A DNA stretch of 64,000 nucleotides from Lama guanicoe (lineage: Eukaryota): NCBI GenBank assembly GCA_013239625.1, contig MU054323.1, forward strand, positions 15,442,029-15,506,028. Reading direction: 5' to 3'. Under the pieces are notes generated by a model. It did no database searches. It had not been told where the DNA came from and worked only from the letters and a program-made list of their open reading frames with translations. The first letter of the stretch is position 1. Every line of letters starts with the position of its first letter. Position numbers and translations under genes: made by a program. Positions 62,476-64,000 of this stretch are shown here, one piece after another.

Positions 62476-64000
62476 GTGAGGAGAGGTGCTGATTAAAGAT
62501 TCAGGAGGATAGACCTGTTCAGAGCTCTAATACCAAAGCTGAGCTGATTCACTCTCATCCGAGATAGAGGACGATGGAAGAGACTCCCTTTTTTTTTTGA
62601 CATTGTGGTCTTCCTTGGAGGACTTTGATAACGCCAGATAGACTGTGTGAAGATTCTTCCCCGAGGGAAGTTTTGCCCTGGGTGTAGACAAGGATCCCGT
62701 TTCCTCGGGTCAGCATGAGATTTGCCGAAGGGGCTTTCTGCTCCTCCTCTGCAGTCCTTGCAGCTCCTTGGTGAGTCCTGGGGACTTTTATTTAATCCTC
62801 ACATTAGAATTCCACCCAGATCGCTCACCTAAGACTGGACAGCCCTAGTCACTTGATGATCTCAACCAGTCCACTCAGACAGGAACTGACCCTGCCTCCT
62901 TTCTGGTACCCAGTCCCATCCAGGTGAGAGCAGGATCCCCCTCCCCCAATCCTTTGAAAATGTGTGGCAGTCAGAGTGGGGTCAAAGGGTGGCGTGATGG
63001 TGACACCAGTTCAAGGCCCAGACAAGTGTCAGGAGTGGCCCTGGGCAGAAGGCTCTCCAGGGTTTGCTTTCTCTATGTTCCCCAAGAAATAATAGGTCCA
63101 TGTTCTTCCAGCAAGCTCGACCCTTCCGTCTCTGATGTTCAGAAATAATAAACATTTCAGAAGGACAGCTCTGAATATCATATTCCACAACCCGCATGTT
63201 TTAAGGATTAGGGTATCAGAAAAGAAGTCACTTGTCTTGAGTCTCTGGTAAAGCCAGAAACAGTACCACCACGCCTGACTGTGTCTCTGGGCTGAGTGCA
63301 CGACCCTGTTCCCCAGGAAGGAAGGTCGCGTGAGCAGTGTTGTCCTGCCTGGGCCACAGACCTCAGCCTGGAGTCAGGCGTGTCCATCTCACGTCTGACC
63401 TTCCCCCGTCCTTACCTCCGCACATGAAAATGGAGGACAGGATTTCTGGCCGGGCTTCATATCTTTTTCTGTTTTCTAAAATCCATTTCTTTTCAATATT
63501 TGAGCTCTACTCACCATATAATACTGAAGGTCTGAAATTATTTAACGTATACAAACTACATTCCTAACATTGAACAGTAGTTCATGGAGGGAAGCCCTTT
63601 CCCCTGTTAGAAATTATTTTTACTAATGTAGGAGAGGTCATGGGGGATTTTAAAAAATCACATCAAACTTTTAACCTTCCCGATTGCTCTGTTCCCTAGT
63701 TACCCCCGGTGTTTATAGGCTCTGAAACTATGTAGCAGTTGGTGGTGTGAAAACAGATATGAACCTCTGTAATAATCATAATGAGTTGTCTGGGCACCGA
63801 TCTGGTTGTGTCTCACTTCCTGGAATTCAGATCCAGGCTTAAAGTAGAAGTGAAGTATGCAGTGTAATAATGTTTATAAAGAAATTTTATAAAGTCTTAT
63901 CTAACTCAGGTTTCTTGGCTGCTTCCATCTCTGGAAGACTGCCTTTCTGAAGCTGTGACTGCATGGTTTTCAGTTTTGGCCTTCTCACTCCCATGTAACG

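Larger units (their letters stand above)
1..64000 (+). other. CRIM1: Internal part of the CRIM1 transcription unit (intron 2 through intron 6; exon numbering from recall of the human gene)
   Basis: Four collinear + strand exons splice in frame to a CRIM1-like peptide. Introns are 30343-31385 (1043 nt), 31507-52670 (21164 nt) and 52793-62292 (9500 nt). No start or stop exon lies in the window. Confidence 0.96.

Noticed and set aside
1..64000. CRISPR array, operon, prophage or other prokaryotic-type system; rRNA or snRNA genes; processed pseudogene
   Set aside because: The sequence is mammalian intron/exon DNA. I saw no regularly spaced repeats, dense ORFs, recognisable structural RNA or retrocopied mRNA by eye, though a highly diverged small RNA could be missed without an Rfam search.

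Overview
Mammalian genomic DNA lying entirely inside one large + strand gene, CRIM1 (cysteine-rich transmembrane BMP regulator 1). The host is most likely a camelid (camel, llama or alpaca), judged from two tRNA-Ala-derived vic-1-like SINEs. Four internal coding exons are present: 30100-30342 (243 nt), 31386-31506 (121 nt), 52671-52792 (122 nt) and 62293-62475 (183 nt). All have AG/GT boundaries and splice in frame to 223 codons; from memory of the human gene they are exons 3-6. They encode a Cys-rich segment with the RGD motif and the first canonical VWC domain. The other ~99% is intron with ordinary eutherian repeats (L1M, L2, MIR, MaLR LTR, MER5, MADE2, microsatellites), assigned by eye with approximate boundaries. 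I found no prokaryotic-type system, CRISPR array, RNA gene or second gene, and the remaining six-frame ORFs look spurious. I cannot support a new biological system here. The best leads are: (1) exon 3 and exons 4+5 encode a gapless tandem pair of 81-aa, 12-Cys modules, each built from two VWC-C-terminal-like half units; (2) a perfect 17-bp hairpin in intron 4; (3) inverted L1MB 3' ends flanking exon 5; (4) several splice and polyadenylation variants that could yield circular or secreted CRIM1 forms.
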